From an uncultured virus (IMG/VR IMGVR_UViG_3300028840_003267) (Duplodnaviria > Heunggongvirae > Uroviricota > Caudoviricetes), in IMG/VR virus record IMGVR_UViG_3300028840_003267: a DNA stretch of 64,000 bases; one strand, written 5' to 3'. Each line of letters starts with the position of its first letter. Position 1 is the first letter of the stretch. Made by a program: the position numbers and the translations under genes. Below are positions 37,452-46,882 of the stretch, piece after piece. Below the pieces are notes generated by a model, which did no database searches, was not told the DNA's origin, and was given only the letters and a program-made list of their open reading frames with translations.

Positions 37452-37850
37452 ATGAAACGGAGAACACTTCCGAAGACGACGCGTGGTATGTTCACTATCG
37501 ACAGTGAAGAGCTGTGGGATATGCTGTGGGACCAGTATGAGACCGAGGACTTCGTTGAACTCATTCGTCGGTTCGACGAGGGTGCTCAAAGTTGGGAGGT
37601 CACTATACGGCTCTTCAACTTCTTCGCTGAGATCGTCTTGAAGAATCATAGCGAGATTCTTGAAGACATCCTGGACGACGAAGGGGTTGAGTATCAAACT
37701 CCCACTGAGGAAGAGAAGTACCCGCAATATAGCCCTTACACGCTGCTCGCGAACATCCGCAAGCTCTACATTCAGGTAGCGATGCTCCAGCCTCCAGCGG
37801 AGGATGAGTACGAAGCCATCGAACACGACATTCTGAGAAAAGGGAAGTGA
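37452..37850 (+). CDS. hypothetical acidic protein
   Basis: GAGGG SD. Confidence 0.65.
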   Translation: MKRRTLPKTTRGMFTIDSEELWDMLWDQYETEDFVELIRRFDEGAQSWEVTIRLFNFFAEIVLKNHSEILEDILDDEGVEYQTPTEEEKYPQYSPYTLLANIRKLYIQVAMLQPPAEDEYEAIEHDILRKGK

Positions 37851-37853
37851 CGT

Positions 37854-38165
37854 ATGATGTCGGAGTCAAGTTTCGGTTGGTCTGTTGGAATCGACCTTCG
37901 TGAGATCCCGAACAGGATTCTGGAAGACTGCTCGCAGCAAGCCATCGTCGGCTTCATTGGGCGACTCTGCTACCATGGAGACGATGACTACCAGCAAGCC
38001 GTCGTGAGCTTGATTCTCCAGCAATATGGAGAGTCTGGCTGTAGCGACAAGGCTGACATGATTGCGATTCTTGAAGGGCACATAGAGAAGCTCAAAGAGG
38101 CAACCAAGAGAGACGAGGCAGCAGCTCGAAAACGAGCCCTTCGAGAAACGACGAGGTACCTCTGA
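37854..38165 (+). CDS. hypothetical protein
   Basis: Packed + operon. Confidence 0.6.
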   Translation: MMSESSFGWSVGIDLREIPNRILEDCSQQAIVGFIGRLCYHGDDDYQQAVVSLILQQYGESGCSDKADMIAILEGHIEKLKEATKRDEAAARKRALRETTRYL

Positions 38166-38398
38166 TGCTGTACGAGGTAGTCAACCTCACCTCCGGAGAC
38201 ACATGGAGCCTCAAAGTACAGGAGCCGCGCTTGGGCGAATACCTCTGTCTTGACGGAGACTACTTCAAGATTCGCTTCATCGTCAAATTCCCAGAAGGTA
38301 AGAAGGGAGAGTGTTTGGACCCCATTGTCTATGTCTCCAGTGTGCAGGCAGACTTAATTCGCGATGCGGAGAAGATGCGAGAGGATTTGCTGGAATGA
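38165..38398 (+). CDS. hypothetical protein
   Basis: TGATG coupling, GAGGT SD. Confidence 0.6.
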   Translation: MLYEVVNLTSGDTWSLKVQEPRLGEYLCLDGDYFKIRFIVKFPEGKKGECLDPIVYVSSVQADLIRDAEKMREDLLE

Positions 38399-38637
38399 AA
38401 CGTCGCTTCAAGAATGACCAGTCCATGCGCGGTTCCCGGATGTACGGGAGAACTTTGTGGAGAACCGGCTGGGTACCCTCTTGCTTCGAGCGCGGGAAGG
38501 TGGGCCAAGCTCGTTGGCGTAGCAGCAAGAAAGCGCACACGCATAGACTCCGGAGACGGGTCCATGACCAAGCTGTGATTGAAGAAGGACTGGACGAGTA
38601 CGATGAACAAGAAGACCGAGAGTCAGACGATAGCTGA
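38395..38637 (+). CDS. small Arg-rich protein with acidic tail
   Basis: ATGA coupling; MKRRFKNDQ... Confidence 0.55.
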   Translation: MKRRFKNDQSMRGSRMYGRTLWRTGWVPSCFERGKVGQARWRSSKKAHTHRLRRRVHDQAVIEEGLDEYDEQEDRESDDS

Positions 38638-38962
38638 CCTGGAAGTTCCACCGGAGCTGATAGAACTCAAGCTCGTCCTAGAGGGGGAAGAGGTCGAGAC
38701 CATCATCCTCAACCACCGTGAGAACAACATCGACCTCCATGACCCTGAGACGCATGCATATCTCGGAAAGCTCGTCGCTGAGACCCTAGTGAAGAAGGAG
38801 CGCGCCTGGATGGAGTATCACGCCTTGGTCCGGAAGTACTGTGACTGCGGAGCTGCGGAGAAGAAAGGACCTCGTAGGAACTTCCATTCAGACTCGTGCG
38901 CTTCCTGGGAAGCGGAGATCGACCAGTACCTCCAGGAGGGAGAAGAGGAAGACAATGGGTAA
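38603..38962 (+). CDS. hypothetical protein
   Basis: Packed + operon. Confidence 0.6.
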   Translation: MNKKTESQTIADLEVPPELIELKLVLEGEEVETIILNHRENNIDLHDPETHAYLGKLVAETLVKKERAWMEYHALVRKYCDCGAAEKKGPRRNFHSDSCASWEAEIDQYLQEGEEEDNG

Positions 38963-39275
38963 GTACTCAGACCTGTTTGTAGGGATGGATAGCCTTCAAG
39001 AATTCATCGTCTATGTGCACGATGCTGTCCATACGGTTCTCATTGCAGGAGATGGTCACTGCAAGAGCTACGAAGGCTCTGTGTCTGTGCACTTCCCCTC
39101 CTTCTTCGAGATGACGGATCCGAACCACCAACCGCCCGTTACTCTCAAGCTCGCGTGCTACGTCCTCGGTCCAAGTAGAAGCTACTATTGGGAGTCCACG
39201 AACGTCGCTGGCTGCATCGAGCAAGCTCGAACTGACATCGAGGGATGGCTAGCCGAAGAGGCAGAGGATGAATAA
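38955..39275 (+). CDS. hypothetical protein
   Basis: GAGGA SD; GDGHCKSYEG. Confidence 0.65.
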   Translation: MGKYSDLFVGMDSLQEFIVYVHDAVHTVLIAGDGHCKSYEGSVSVHFPSFFEMTDPNHQPPVTLKLACYVLGPSRSYYWESTNVAGCIEQARTDIEGWLAEEAEDE

Positions 39276-39522
39276 GCAGCTTAAGCACCTGTACACGATA
39301 GAGATTCCCATAGCTAAAATGCGGGAGCGTACCACGCCTCTGCGTGTCTTTGAGGGGCCTGTATTTGAGTGCGAACTCTCGGGAAAGGAACTACGAGTCA
39401 GTATAGAGGAAGCTGTCGAGAGAGCGCAGTATAATTGCAACTGGCTTGAAAAGAAGCTCGAAGGTGCTCGCAAATATCTGTCGGAGGTTGAGCTAACGAG
39501 AGATATGGTGCTGAAGGAATGA
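39268..39522 (+). CDS. hypothetical protein
   Basis: Packed + operon. Confidence 0.55.
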   Translation: MNKQLKHLYTIEIPIAKMRERTTPLRVFEGPVFECELSGKELRVSIEEAVERAQYNCNWLEKKLEGARKYLSEVELTRDMVLKE

Positions 39523-40358
39523 CCATGTACCCCTACCACACCACTCCCTTTGGTAAGCTCTATCACGGAGACTGCCTAGACGTCCTTGCGACCATCGATG
39601 ACTTCTCCGTCGATACTGTCTTCGCCGACCCTCCCTTCAACATTGGAAAGAGCTACGGACCGCAGACGAACGACGCTCTTCCAGAGGAGGAGTACCTGAC
39701 GTGGTGTCATCAGTGGATCAAGGAGTGTGTACGAATCTTGAAGCCTGGAGGGTCCTTCTTCCTCTACAACCTCCCAAAGTGGAATGTGCCTCTTGGAGCC
39801 TACCTCTCGAAGAAGAGGCTAACCTTCAGGCATTGGATTGCTATCGAGATGACAACGGTTATGCCTATCAAGGGTAGGCTCTATCCGGCCCACTACAGCC
39901 TGCTCTACTACACCAAGGGACCTCCCAAGACCTTCAAGAAGATCCGCACACCCATCCCTGTCTGTCGCAAGTGCGGAGAGACCGTCAAGGACTACGGTGG
40001 GCACAAGAGCAAGCTTCATCCGGATGGTCTATCTCTCAAAGACGTGTGGACGGACATCTCTCCTGTGCGACACAAGAAGTTCAAGCAGATGGAGAGGAGA
40101 GCCAATGTGCTCTCGACGAAGATCCTGGACCGCGTGGTAGCAATGTCTACCAATCTTGAAGACTTGGTGGTGGACCCCTTCATGGGTTCCGGGACGACAG
40201 CCGTTGTCTGTGAGTCCTACGGTCGTCGTTGGATTGGGGCTGAGATTGAGCAGGACTACGCTGACCTCATCGTTGAGAGGCTGACGAAGCCGGATGTCTG
40301 TGCTCACAAGAACATGGACGTGACGGAAGACGTCAAGCGGATAGCGCTCAAAATCTAG
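39519..40358 (+). CDS. DNA amino-methyltransferase (N4C/N6A, beta class)
   Basis: GDCL, FADPPFN, LKPGGS, DVWTDI, DPFMGSGTT. Confidence 0.92.
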   Translation: MTMYPYHTTPFGKLYHGDCLDVLATIDDFSVDTVFADPPFNIGKSYGPQTNDALPEEEYLTWCHQWIKECVRILKPGGSFFLYNLPKWNVPLGAYLSKKRLTFRHWIAIEMTTVMPIKGRLYPAHYSLLYYTKGPPKTFKKIRTPIPVCRKCGETVKDYGGHKSKLHPDGLSLKDVWTDISPVRHKKFKQMERRANVLSTKILDRVVAMSTNLEDLVVDPFMGSGTTAVVCESYGRRWIGAEIEQDYADLIVERLTKPDVCAHKNMDVTEDVKRIALKI

Positions 40359-40370
40359 TCAAAGTAGGGT

Positions 40371-40964
40371 ATGAGCATTAACACAGAAGACCTCTGGGCA
40401 GCTATCAATGAGTACGTCTATGCATGCGAGGGCAACCCAGAGCAGAACGTTTATGGGAATCTCAGTCGGCAGGAAGCTGTCGTCAAAGTTGAGAAGCTCG
40501 TTCAAACCATTGTCGATGATACCAGAGACGATGTTCTCGGCAACACACTGCTTCCGGAAGAGATCGAACATGTCGGCGTCAACTCCAATCGCCTGGCTGT
40601 CGAGAGACATGTCTTCGAGAAGATCTTCGCGGAGGAGTGGGCTGACCGCAATGACTCTTGCCTGAACTGCCCAGACCCGAACGGAACGCTGGACTACATT
40701 CTCTCCGAGGACCACGACCATATCCCACAGACGAAGAGCCAGAGAGATGCGGCGGTGGCAGCATCGGTGGTGCAGTGGTTGGGTACGGAGGTGGGGTTCG
40801 ACTTCCTCATGGAGGTCATGTACCGTGCTCTCCTGATCGATGGAACCCACAATCAGGTCGTCAACGGCTTGGGGAGTCTCACGAAGAGATTGCTGGAGAC
40901 CAACCAGAGGCGCGGGAAGAAACTGGTAGATACGATCGCCCAAGAGATGCGATTTTTCTTGTAG
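40371..40964 (+). CDS. hypothetical protein
   Basis: ATG 6 nt after AGTCAAAG; QRDAAVAASVVQWLGT. Confidence 0.7.
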   Translation: MSINTEDLWAAINEYVYACEGNPEQNVYGNLSRQEAVVKVEKLVQTIVDDTRDDVLGNTLLPEEIEHVGVNSNRLAVERHVFEKIFAEEWADRNDSCLNCPDPNGTLDYILSEDHDHIPQTKSQRDAAVAASVVQWLGTEVGFDFLMEVMYRALLIDGTHNQVVNGLGSLTKRLLETNQRRGKKLVDTIAQEMRFFL

Positions 40965-40985
40965 GAGAGACGATTAGGAGAGACG

Positions 40986-41756
40986 ATGGCAGAGACCACT
41001 ATCTGTGGAGACTTCTTCGAGCAGGCCCCTCCTGAGACGCTCCTCGTCATCGCTGACCCACCCTATGGGCAAGTTGTCTCTGATGACTATGACAACCTGG
41101 ATGAGAAGCAGCTCCTGACATTCCTCTACGACTTCGTGGAAGGGTGCCAGAACTTCGTCCTGGAGGGAGGTTCGGTCCTCATGTGGGGCGGGATTGGATC
41201 ACACAAGAACAGGGCATTCTTGAAGTTCGCGGCTACTGTCGAGGATGAGTTCAAGGAGTGGCGTCTCCGCGACTTCATCACTTGGAAGAAGAGTCGCGGC
41301 TACGGAGTGGCTGACCGCTACCTCTTCACCCGAGAGGAGATGCTCTGGTTGGTGCGCGGGGAGAAGCCTGCGATTTTCAACAAGCCCTACCTGACTGAAC
41401 AGCATTCCGAGATGACGCAGAACGTGCTCAAGAACAAGAAGTACAAACCACACAGCACCTTCAAGAGACGCTCCAATGTGTGGACGGACGTGACCGAGGT
41501 CATGCATCAGAAGATCGTCTCGGCTCAGAAGCCGACACAACTCTATGAGATCATCTTACAGGCGCACTCCAACCCCGGAGACCTCGTTGTTGACCCATTC
41601 GCTGGATCGTTCACCACAGCGGTAGCCGCGCGCAGCTTGGGGCGTAGCTTTTGGGTCTGTGAGAAAGACCCTGAAGTGTTCGCTCTCGGGAAAAAGCGCT
41701 TGGAATCATCCCAACGAATGCCTCAGCTTTTCGCCCACGGAAAGGTGACCGAGTGA
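40986..41756 (+). CDS. DNA amino-methyltransferase (beta class)
   Basis: IADPPYG, ITWKK, NVWTD, AQKP, SNPGDLVVDPFAGS. Confidence 0.9.
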   Translation: MAETTICGDFFEQAPPETLLVIADPPYGQVVSDDYDNLDEKQLLTFLYDFVEGCQNFVLEGGSVLMWGGIGSHKNRAFLKFAATVEDEFKEWRLRDFITWKKSRGYGVADRYLFTREEMLWLVRGEKPAIFNKPYLTEQHSEMTQNVLKNKKYKPHSTFKRRSNVWTDVTEVMHQKIVSAQKPTQLYEIILQAHSNPGDLVVDPFAGSFTTAVAARSLGRSFWVCEKDPEVFALGKKRLESSQRMPQLFAHGKVTE

Positions 41757-41879
41757 AAACGCGTAGTTAGCGCTGGGTTATAAAACCCTATGCGCTGGAA
41801 TCCTTGGGTCGTCCAAACTTCAATCCAGACCAGTCAAAGATCAGAGCAACCCCTGGTACTTTCGGAAGCAGGAGAGTAG

Positions 41880-44771
41880 ATGCGTCTCGACTATAGAGCA
41901 GAGCAGGACCGGGTGTGTTGCCCTGGATGCTCACTCCACCCTCAGTTCACAGGAAACATCGTCTGGTATAGCCCAACCGAGATCGAAGGGCAACCAGACA
42001 TCTTCTTCGTCGCTGAAGCTCTCGGAGCCGACGAGGACGCCTATGTGCATCCAGATGGCACGAGGGGGAGACCGCTAGTCGGGGTCTCTGGTCAGATTCA
42101 TCGTGCTTGCATGCAGGAAGCCGGTATTCTCGGAGACTACGCTCTGGCGAACGTCTGTAAGTGCCGTCCCCTTCGTAATCAGACTCCCAACCCCGATGAG
42201 GTGAGACACTGCGTTCCCTATCTTCTTGAAGAGATCCAGCGGCATAAGCCGAAGGTTGTCGTGATGCTCGGAGGGACGGCAATCAAGGCGCTCGCTCCGG
42301 AGCTAGCTTCAGCGGGAGTTCTCCGTGCTCAAGGTCGCTACGTCGAGAAGGATGGCGTCACCTATCTCGCCAACGTTCACCCCTCCTTCATCGCTCGTCA
42401 GCACGAACCCACAGCCAAAGCTTCCTGGACACAGAAGTACACTAACGTCCTGAAGACAGCCAAGAAGCTCGTAGACGAAGACCCGAGTGTCGATTGGCTC
42501 AAAGACGGTCACTACTTCTATGTCGATACGCTGGAGAAGCTCAAGACGGTAGTCGATAGCTACTTGACGACTCCTGCTATCGATGGGATTCTCGCCTTCG
42601 ATACGGAGACAAGAGGGGGACTTCATCGCTTCAAGAATGAAGTGTCCATGATTCAGTTCTGCAATGACGGGATGATCACCACACTCATCCCGTACATGCA
42701 CCCTGAGTCTCCTTGGTCTCCGACAGAACTGCCACAGGTACAGGCTGAGGTCATTCGGCTGCTGACGACGCCTACAGACGCCTTCCAGTGGGTCACAGGG
42801 AACTACCTCAAGTTCGACCTGGCTATGCTGCGCACCTGTATCCATCCGGACCTGGGAACGGCACGTATGCCGCTGAACGCCTCTCTGCTGGATACGATGT
42901 TCCTAGCGCACTGCGTGGACGAGCAGCGTCTCAAGCGAATTCCAAAGAGTGACAAGCCCATGTCGTTGGCGAAGCTAGCCAATGACTATATCGGATGGAC
43001 GAAGTTCGAGGACTCCGGTATGAAGAAGAAGCGACAGGACTTCGATAAGATTTCCCTGTTCGATACCGGTTTCCGAGAGTACTGTGCGATGGATGGGTAT
43101 GTGCCGCATCGGCTGGCACGCGCGCTTCTTGACGTAGCTGATAAGGAAGAGGGAGGAAGAGAGCGTGTCCTGAATTTCAATGTGCACATGCACGGACCGC
43201 TCATCTGCGCTTTCGAGTCTATCGAACGCAACGGCTTCCAGATTGACGTCCCTCATCTCCGTATGCTCTGTGGGGAGTTGTCTCCGATCAAGCAGAGGAT
43301 GAAAGAGATCAAGGAGGAGCTGTTTTCTTTGCCAGAGGTCCAGCAAGCCAATACTCTCCACCTTGGGAAGACCAAGGCTGCGGGGATGGCAGGTCTCTTT
43401 GGTAGTCCCTGGGTCTTGGACATAGACAAGAAAGAATGTCTCATCACTCTGCTCATCGATGTGCTCAAGATTGAGCCTCTGGGATGGAGCAAGCCGAAGA
43501 TAGACCCTATCACAGGAGCGGAGATCCCGCAGCCAGAGATCAACACCGCGCTATTCGAGCGAAACAAGAGTGACGACGACCTCCCAGAGGACGTGGAGGT
43601 CACTCCAACCCAGCACATCGTCGACCTCGTTTACGAGTACAAAGGGCTCTACAAGCTCGATACCAGCTACACCAAGAGCGTCAATGCTCGAATCCATGGG
43701 GAAGGTCCTGATGGGGAGTGTGCAGACGGGAGAATGCGTTCTAGCTTCACCTCGTGCCGTGTCACCTCTGGGAGAACAAGCTCGGAGCAGGTGAACCTCC
43801 AGCAGGTTCCAGGGAAGGGACGTCTCGCTGCTACAGTCGCGGCTAGGAAAGCCGTCAAGAACATGTACTGCGTCCCTCATGGGCGTCTACTAGTCCAGAT
43901 GGACGTAGCTCAATCTGAGGTAAGATGGGCTGTCCAGATCGCACAAGATAAGAACTACGCCAAGGTCTTCCGCAACATGGAGAAGGTCAAGGCTGAGTAC
44001 ATAGCGAATCCAACAGAGGAGAACAAGAAGCGAGTCAAATTCGAGTGCGACGTGCATAGACAGACCGCTGCACTGATGCATCAGATTCCCATCGAAGACG
44101 TGACGTCTGTCCAGCGACAGGACGCCAAGAGAATCGTCTTCGGGATCATGTTCGGGCAGCATGTCAAGACACTCGCCAAGAACCTTGGGGTTGAGGTTGA
44201 GAAGGCTCAGGAGCTTCTGGACACCTTCTTCGCACAGTTCCCCGACGTTCACGCCTGGTTGCTTATGGCTGAGAAGGCTGCTCAGACGAAGGGGTATGTC
44301 ACCTCTCCCATGGGTCGACGTCGCCATCTCGCTCATGAGTACGCTGAAGGCAACGCGGGACGTGGGAATCGCCAAGCGCGCAACTCCCCCATCCAGGCTG
44401 CCAGCTCGGATTATAACCTCATAGCTGGTATCCGACTTCAGCAGTACATCGAAGCGAAGGGCAAGGATTGGAAGATCGTCAACCTGGTTCACGACTCCAT
44501 CATAGCGGAGATCCCCTACGATGCTGATGCTCTCCGTGAGTACATCGAAACGGCTGAGCGTATCTTCATGGATACTTCATGCTTGAAGGAGATGTTCGGT
44601 ATCGAGATGATCGTGCCCTTGGCTGTCGACTTCGATATTGGCTTCAAGTATGGCAACTGCAAGAGCTTTGACCGCACTGAGAAAGAGTTCACGGAGATCT
44701 GGGGATGGCTGGAGCAGCAGGTCACGGACGGGGTGGCTTGGCCGAAGCAAGAAGGGCATGTGTGGAACTGA
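41880..44771 (+). CDS. family A DNA polymerase with N-terminal uracil-DNA glycosylase (family 4-like) domain and 3'-5' exonuclease
   Basis: UDG: FVAEALGADED, GRPLVGVSG, NVCKCRP, HPS; Exo: AFDTET, KFDL, DTM, YCAMD; Pol: SGRTSS, NLQQVP, QMDVAQSEVR, RQDAKRIVFGIMFG, NSPIQ, VHDSI. Confidence 0.95.
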   Translation: MRLDYRAEQDRVCCPGCSLHPQFTGNIVWYSPTEIEGQPDIFFVAEALGADEDAYVHPDGTRGRPLVGVSGQIHRACMQEAGILGDYALANVCKCRPLRNQTPNPDEVRHCVPYLLEEIQRHKPKVVVMLGGTAIKALAPELASAGVLRAQGRYVEKDGVTYLANVHPSFIARQHEPTAKASWTQKYTNVLKTAKKLVDEDPSVDWLKDGHYFYVDTLEKLKTVVDSYLTTPAIDGILAFDTETRGGLHRFKNEVSMIQFCNDGMITTLIPYMHPESPWSPTELPQVQAEVIRLLTTPTDAFQWVTGNYLKFDLAMLRTCIHPDLGTARMPLNASLLDTMFLAHCVDEQRLKRIPKSDKPMSLAKLANDYIGWTKFEDSGMKKKRQDFDKISLFDTGFREYCAMDGYVPHRLARALLDVADKEEGGRERVLNFNVHMHGPLICAFESIERNGFQIDVPHLRMLCGELSPIKQRMKEIKEELFSLPEVQQANTLHLGKTKAAGMAGLFGSPWVLDIDKKECLITLLIDVLKIEPLGWSKPKIDPITGAEIPQPEINTALFERNKSDDDLPEDVEVTPTQHIVDLVYEYKGLYKLDTSYTKSVNARIHGEGPDGECADGRMRSSFTSCRVTSGRTSSEQVNLQQVPGKGRLAATVAARKAVKNMYCVPHGRLLVQMDVAQSEVRWAVQIAQDKNYAKVFRNMEKVKAEYIANPTEENKKRVKFECDVHRQTAALMHQIPIEDVTSVQRQDAKRIVFGIMFGQHVKTLAKNLGVEVEKAQELLDTFFAQFPDVHAWLLMAEKAAQTKGYVTSPMGRRRHLAHEYAEGNAGRGNRQARNSPIQAASSDYNLIAGIRLQQYIEAKGKDWKIVNLVHDSIIAEIPYDADALREYIETAERIFMDTSCLKEMFGIEMIVPLAVDFDIGFKYGNCKSFDRTEKEFTEIWGWLEQQVTDGVAWPKQEGHVWN

Positions 44772-44854
44772 TGCCTTGGTGGGATAAGTACGGGGTTCTG
44801 GTCATCTTTGTTGGGCTAGTCGTAGGAGCGATTCTCTTCGATTCATGCCTGTGA
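44771..44854 (+). CDS. small membrane protein (27 aa)
   Basis: Not in track; MPWWDKYGVLVIFVGLVVGAILFDSCL*, TGATG coupling to polymerase stop. Confidence 0.45.
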   Translation: MPWWDKYGVLVIFVGLVVGAILFDSCL

Positions 44855-44862
44855 GGTAAATA

Positions 44863-45072
44863 ATGCCAAAAAAGCGATGCGTTCTATACGTCGAGACTCT
44901 CCCAAACGCACAAGGCTTCGCCTACTTGACGTATGAGGATGGAGTCTACTATGCGGAATACGTCCATGAAGGAGACATCCGAGCAAAGTTGGTCATCTCC
45001 GACCCCACACACGTTCTGGTGCGCGATGGAGAGTACCTAGACCTAACGAAAGTTACGAGAGGAGCGAAGTAA
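44863..45072 (+). CDS. hypothetical protein
   Basis: GAGGT SD. Confidence 0.6.
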   Translation: MPKKRCVLYVETLPNAQGFAYLTYEDGVYYAEYVHEGDIRAKLVISDPTHVLVRDGEYLDLTKVTRGAK

Positions 45073-45359
45073 TGTTCGTAATTTCAGCTACATATCCTGT
45101 TAATACGGTAGCGAGCATGAGGTATCTCGGAGAATATCCGGAGTATCCGGTCGCTCTGCTGACCAACACGGAGAACGCTTTCCTGTTCGATACGAAGGAA
45201 CAGGCTGAGAGCTTCTTGAAGGCGCGCAAGGATGTGCAGAACATCTTTGAGAAGCTCAACTACACGGCTGAGATCGTGAAGATTCTTGAAGTGGATGAGG
45301 GTCCTGAGCCTCCCTGCACGGAAGTGGAGGTCTTTGAACCTGAGATGGGCGTAGACTGA
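45072..45359 (+). CDS. hypothetical protein
   Basis: TAATG coupling, AGGAG SD. Confidence 0.6.
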   Translation: MFVISATYPVNTVASMRYLGEYPEYPVALLTNTENAFLFDTKEQAESFLKARKDVQNIFEKLNYTAEIVKILEVDEGPEPPCTEVEVFEPEMGVD

Positions 45360-45643
45360 TGGATGAAGACCGGCTGTTTGAGCTTTTGAACATCCTTGTC
45401 TATGACCTTCCTCCAGGAAATCCGAAGGAGCATGCTGAGTATCTTCTGGGACAGCTACAGCAGGAGAGAGCCCTAGAACGTCCCCGGTCTTGTTCGTGGA
45501 AGGCAGCAAGCATTCATACCCGCGCGTGTTTTGGATGTGGCACGCTGATCGACCAACACGTAGATGTGGTGGGACTTGTTCTGTGTGAGAAATGTACGAC
45601 AGACGCACCAGAAGGAGATACGAATGGAAGTCAAGACGACTAA
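45359..45643 (+). CDS. hypothetical zinc-binding protein
   Basis: TGATG coupling; CFGCG...CEKC. Confidence 0.55.
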   Translation: MDEDRLFELLNILVYDLPPGNPKEHAEYLLGQLQQERALERPRSCSWKAASIHTRACFGCGTLIDQHVDVVGLVLCEKCTTDAPEGDTNGSQDD

Positions 45644-46550
45644 AGACGGGTCCGTCTACAAGTTCATTCACTCTGACTTCTCAGAGACGGCTATCAAAGA
45701 CGTTGGTGGCTGTTCCGGTCTCGGATCCGAAGCCAGCGAGAAGTACAGCGTCTTCGCCTCCTGCTCCTACGGTTGCAAGATGAACTGCAAGTTCTGTATG
45801 CTCTCTACGAAGGGCTGCAAGTACCAGCGGATCGAACCGTGGACTATCGAAGAGAACCTCTCGCATGCTATCAGCTACGCGACGACCTATCGGCGGGCGA
45901 TCACGAAGAAGAAGGTCAAGCTGGCTTGGATGGGGATGGGAGAGCCCCTGGCAGAGATAGGCAGTCTCTGCTGTGTCACTTCCTCGATTCTTCGGAGTGT
46001 CCTCAAAGACCACCAGAAGGCTACAGGGCTGGACTGTGTGGATGTCGGCACCTCCTTCCCTGACTACGACTTCAAGAATATGCCAGAGTACCTCCTGGAC
46101 ATGCTCGTAAAGGAAGTCCAGACGATTCCGGAAGTCCAGAATGAGCAGGATAGGACTCGCCCGTTGGTGCGCCTATTCATCTCTCTGGGGTCTCTGAACG
46201 AGGAGACGAGGTGCTTCCTCATGGGGAAGCATGGAAGCAGGTTTCAAGAGCGTCTGGACCGCCTGAGAGGCTCCTGGAAGGTGCCTAACTCCCTCATCTG
46301 TCACCTGCTACTCTTCGAGGGGATCAACGACTCTCCAGAGGAGATAGAGCAGCTCATGAGGTTCTTTACCGAACGTCCAGACCTGGAGCTGCGGCTGCTC
46401 CGCTACAACCAGTGTTCAGGGTCGCCATTCACTGAATCACAGCGGTTCGATGAGGTGTCTGAGCTATTCTTGAAGGAGCTTCCGAGGGTGAAGGTGCAGA
46501 CATCTCCAGGTAGCGAGGTCATGGCTGCCTGTGGGCAGTTCTTGGTGTGA
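45624..46550 (+). CDS. RlmN/Cfr-like radical SAM protein
   Basis: GCKMNCKFC, MGMGEP, ISL, GINDS, AACGQ; start moved to MEVKTT after AAGGAG. Confidence 0.85.
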   Translation: MEVKTTKDGSVYKFIHSDFSETAIKDVGGCSGLGSEASEKYSVFASCSYGCKMNCKFCMLSTKGCKYQRIEPWTIEENLSHAISYATTYRRAITKKKVKLAWMGMGEPLAEIGSLCCVTSSILRSVLKDHQKATGLDCVDVGTSFPDYDFKNMPEYLLDMLVKEVQTIPEVQNEQDRTRPLVRLFISLGSLNEETRCFLMGKHGSRFQERLDRLRGSWKVPNSLICHLLLFEGINDSPEEIEQLMRFFTERPDLELRLLRYNQCSGSPFTESQRFDEVSELFLKELPRVKVQTSPGSEVMAACGQFLV

Positions 46551-46627
46551 GGTGCCTGATGAGTTCGGTCAGCGTCCCCCGGCTGGATGGGGAAGTCTAC
46601 AAGCTGGGATAGACCTCTGGGGAGAGT

Positions 46628-46882
46628 ATGAAAATGCGGGCAGGTGAGCTGATCAAAGTACTCCAGACTGTAGATGAGAACACAGTCGTTCTCGTTGCTT
46701 CTGATGCTGAGGGCAATGCCTACGGGGAGCTGTATGCTGTATCCACAGACCAAGGCTACCTCAAAGAAGGCTACGAGATTTCGGTTCATTTCCTGAAGCT
46801 CACAGAAGAGCTGGAGGAGGAAGGTTACACAGAGGACGACATGCGGGAAGACGCCCGTCCCTGTGTGGTCCTTTGTCCATGA
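46628..46882 (+). CDS. hypothetical phage protein
   Basis: ASDAEGNAY...CVVLCP; GGAGAG SD. Confidence 0.65.
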   Translation: MKMRAGELIKVLQTVDENTVVLVASDAEGNAYGELYAVSTDQGYLKEGYEISVHFLKLTEELEEEGYTEDDMREDARPCVVLCP

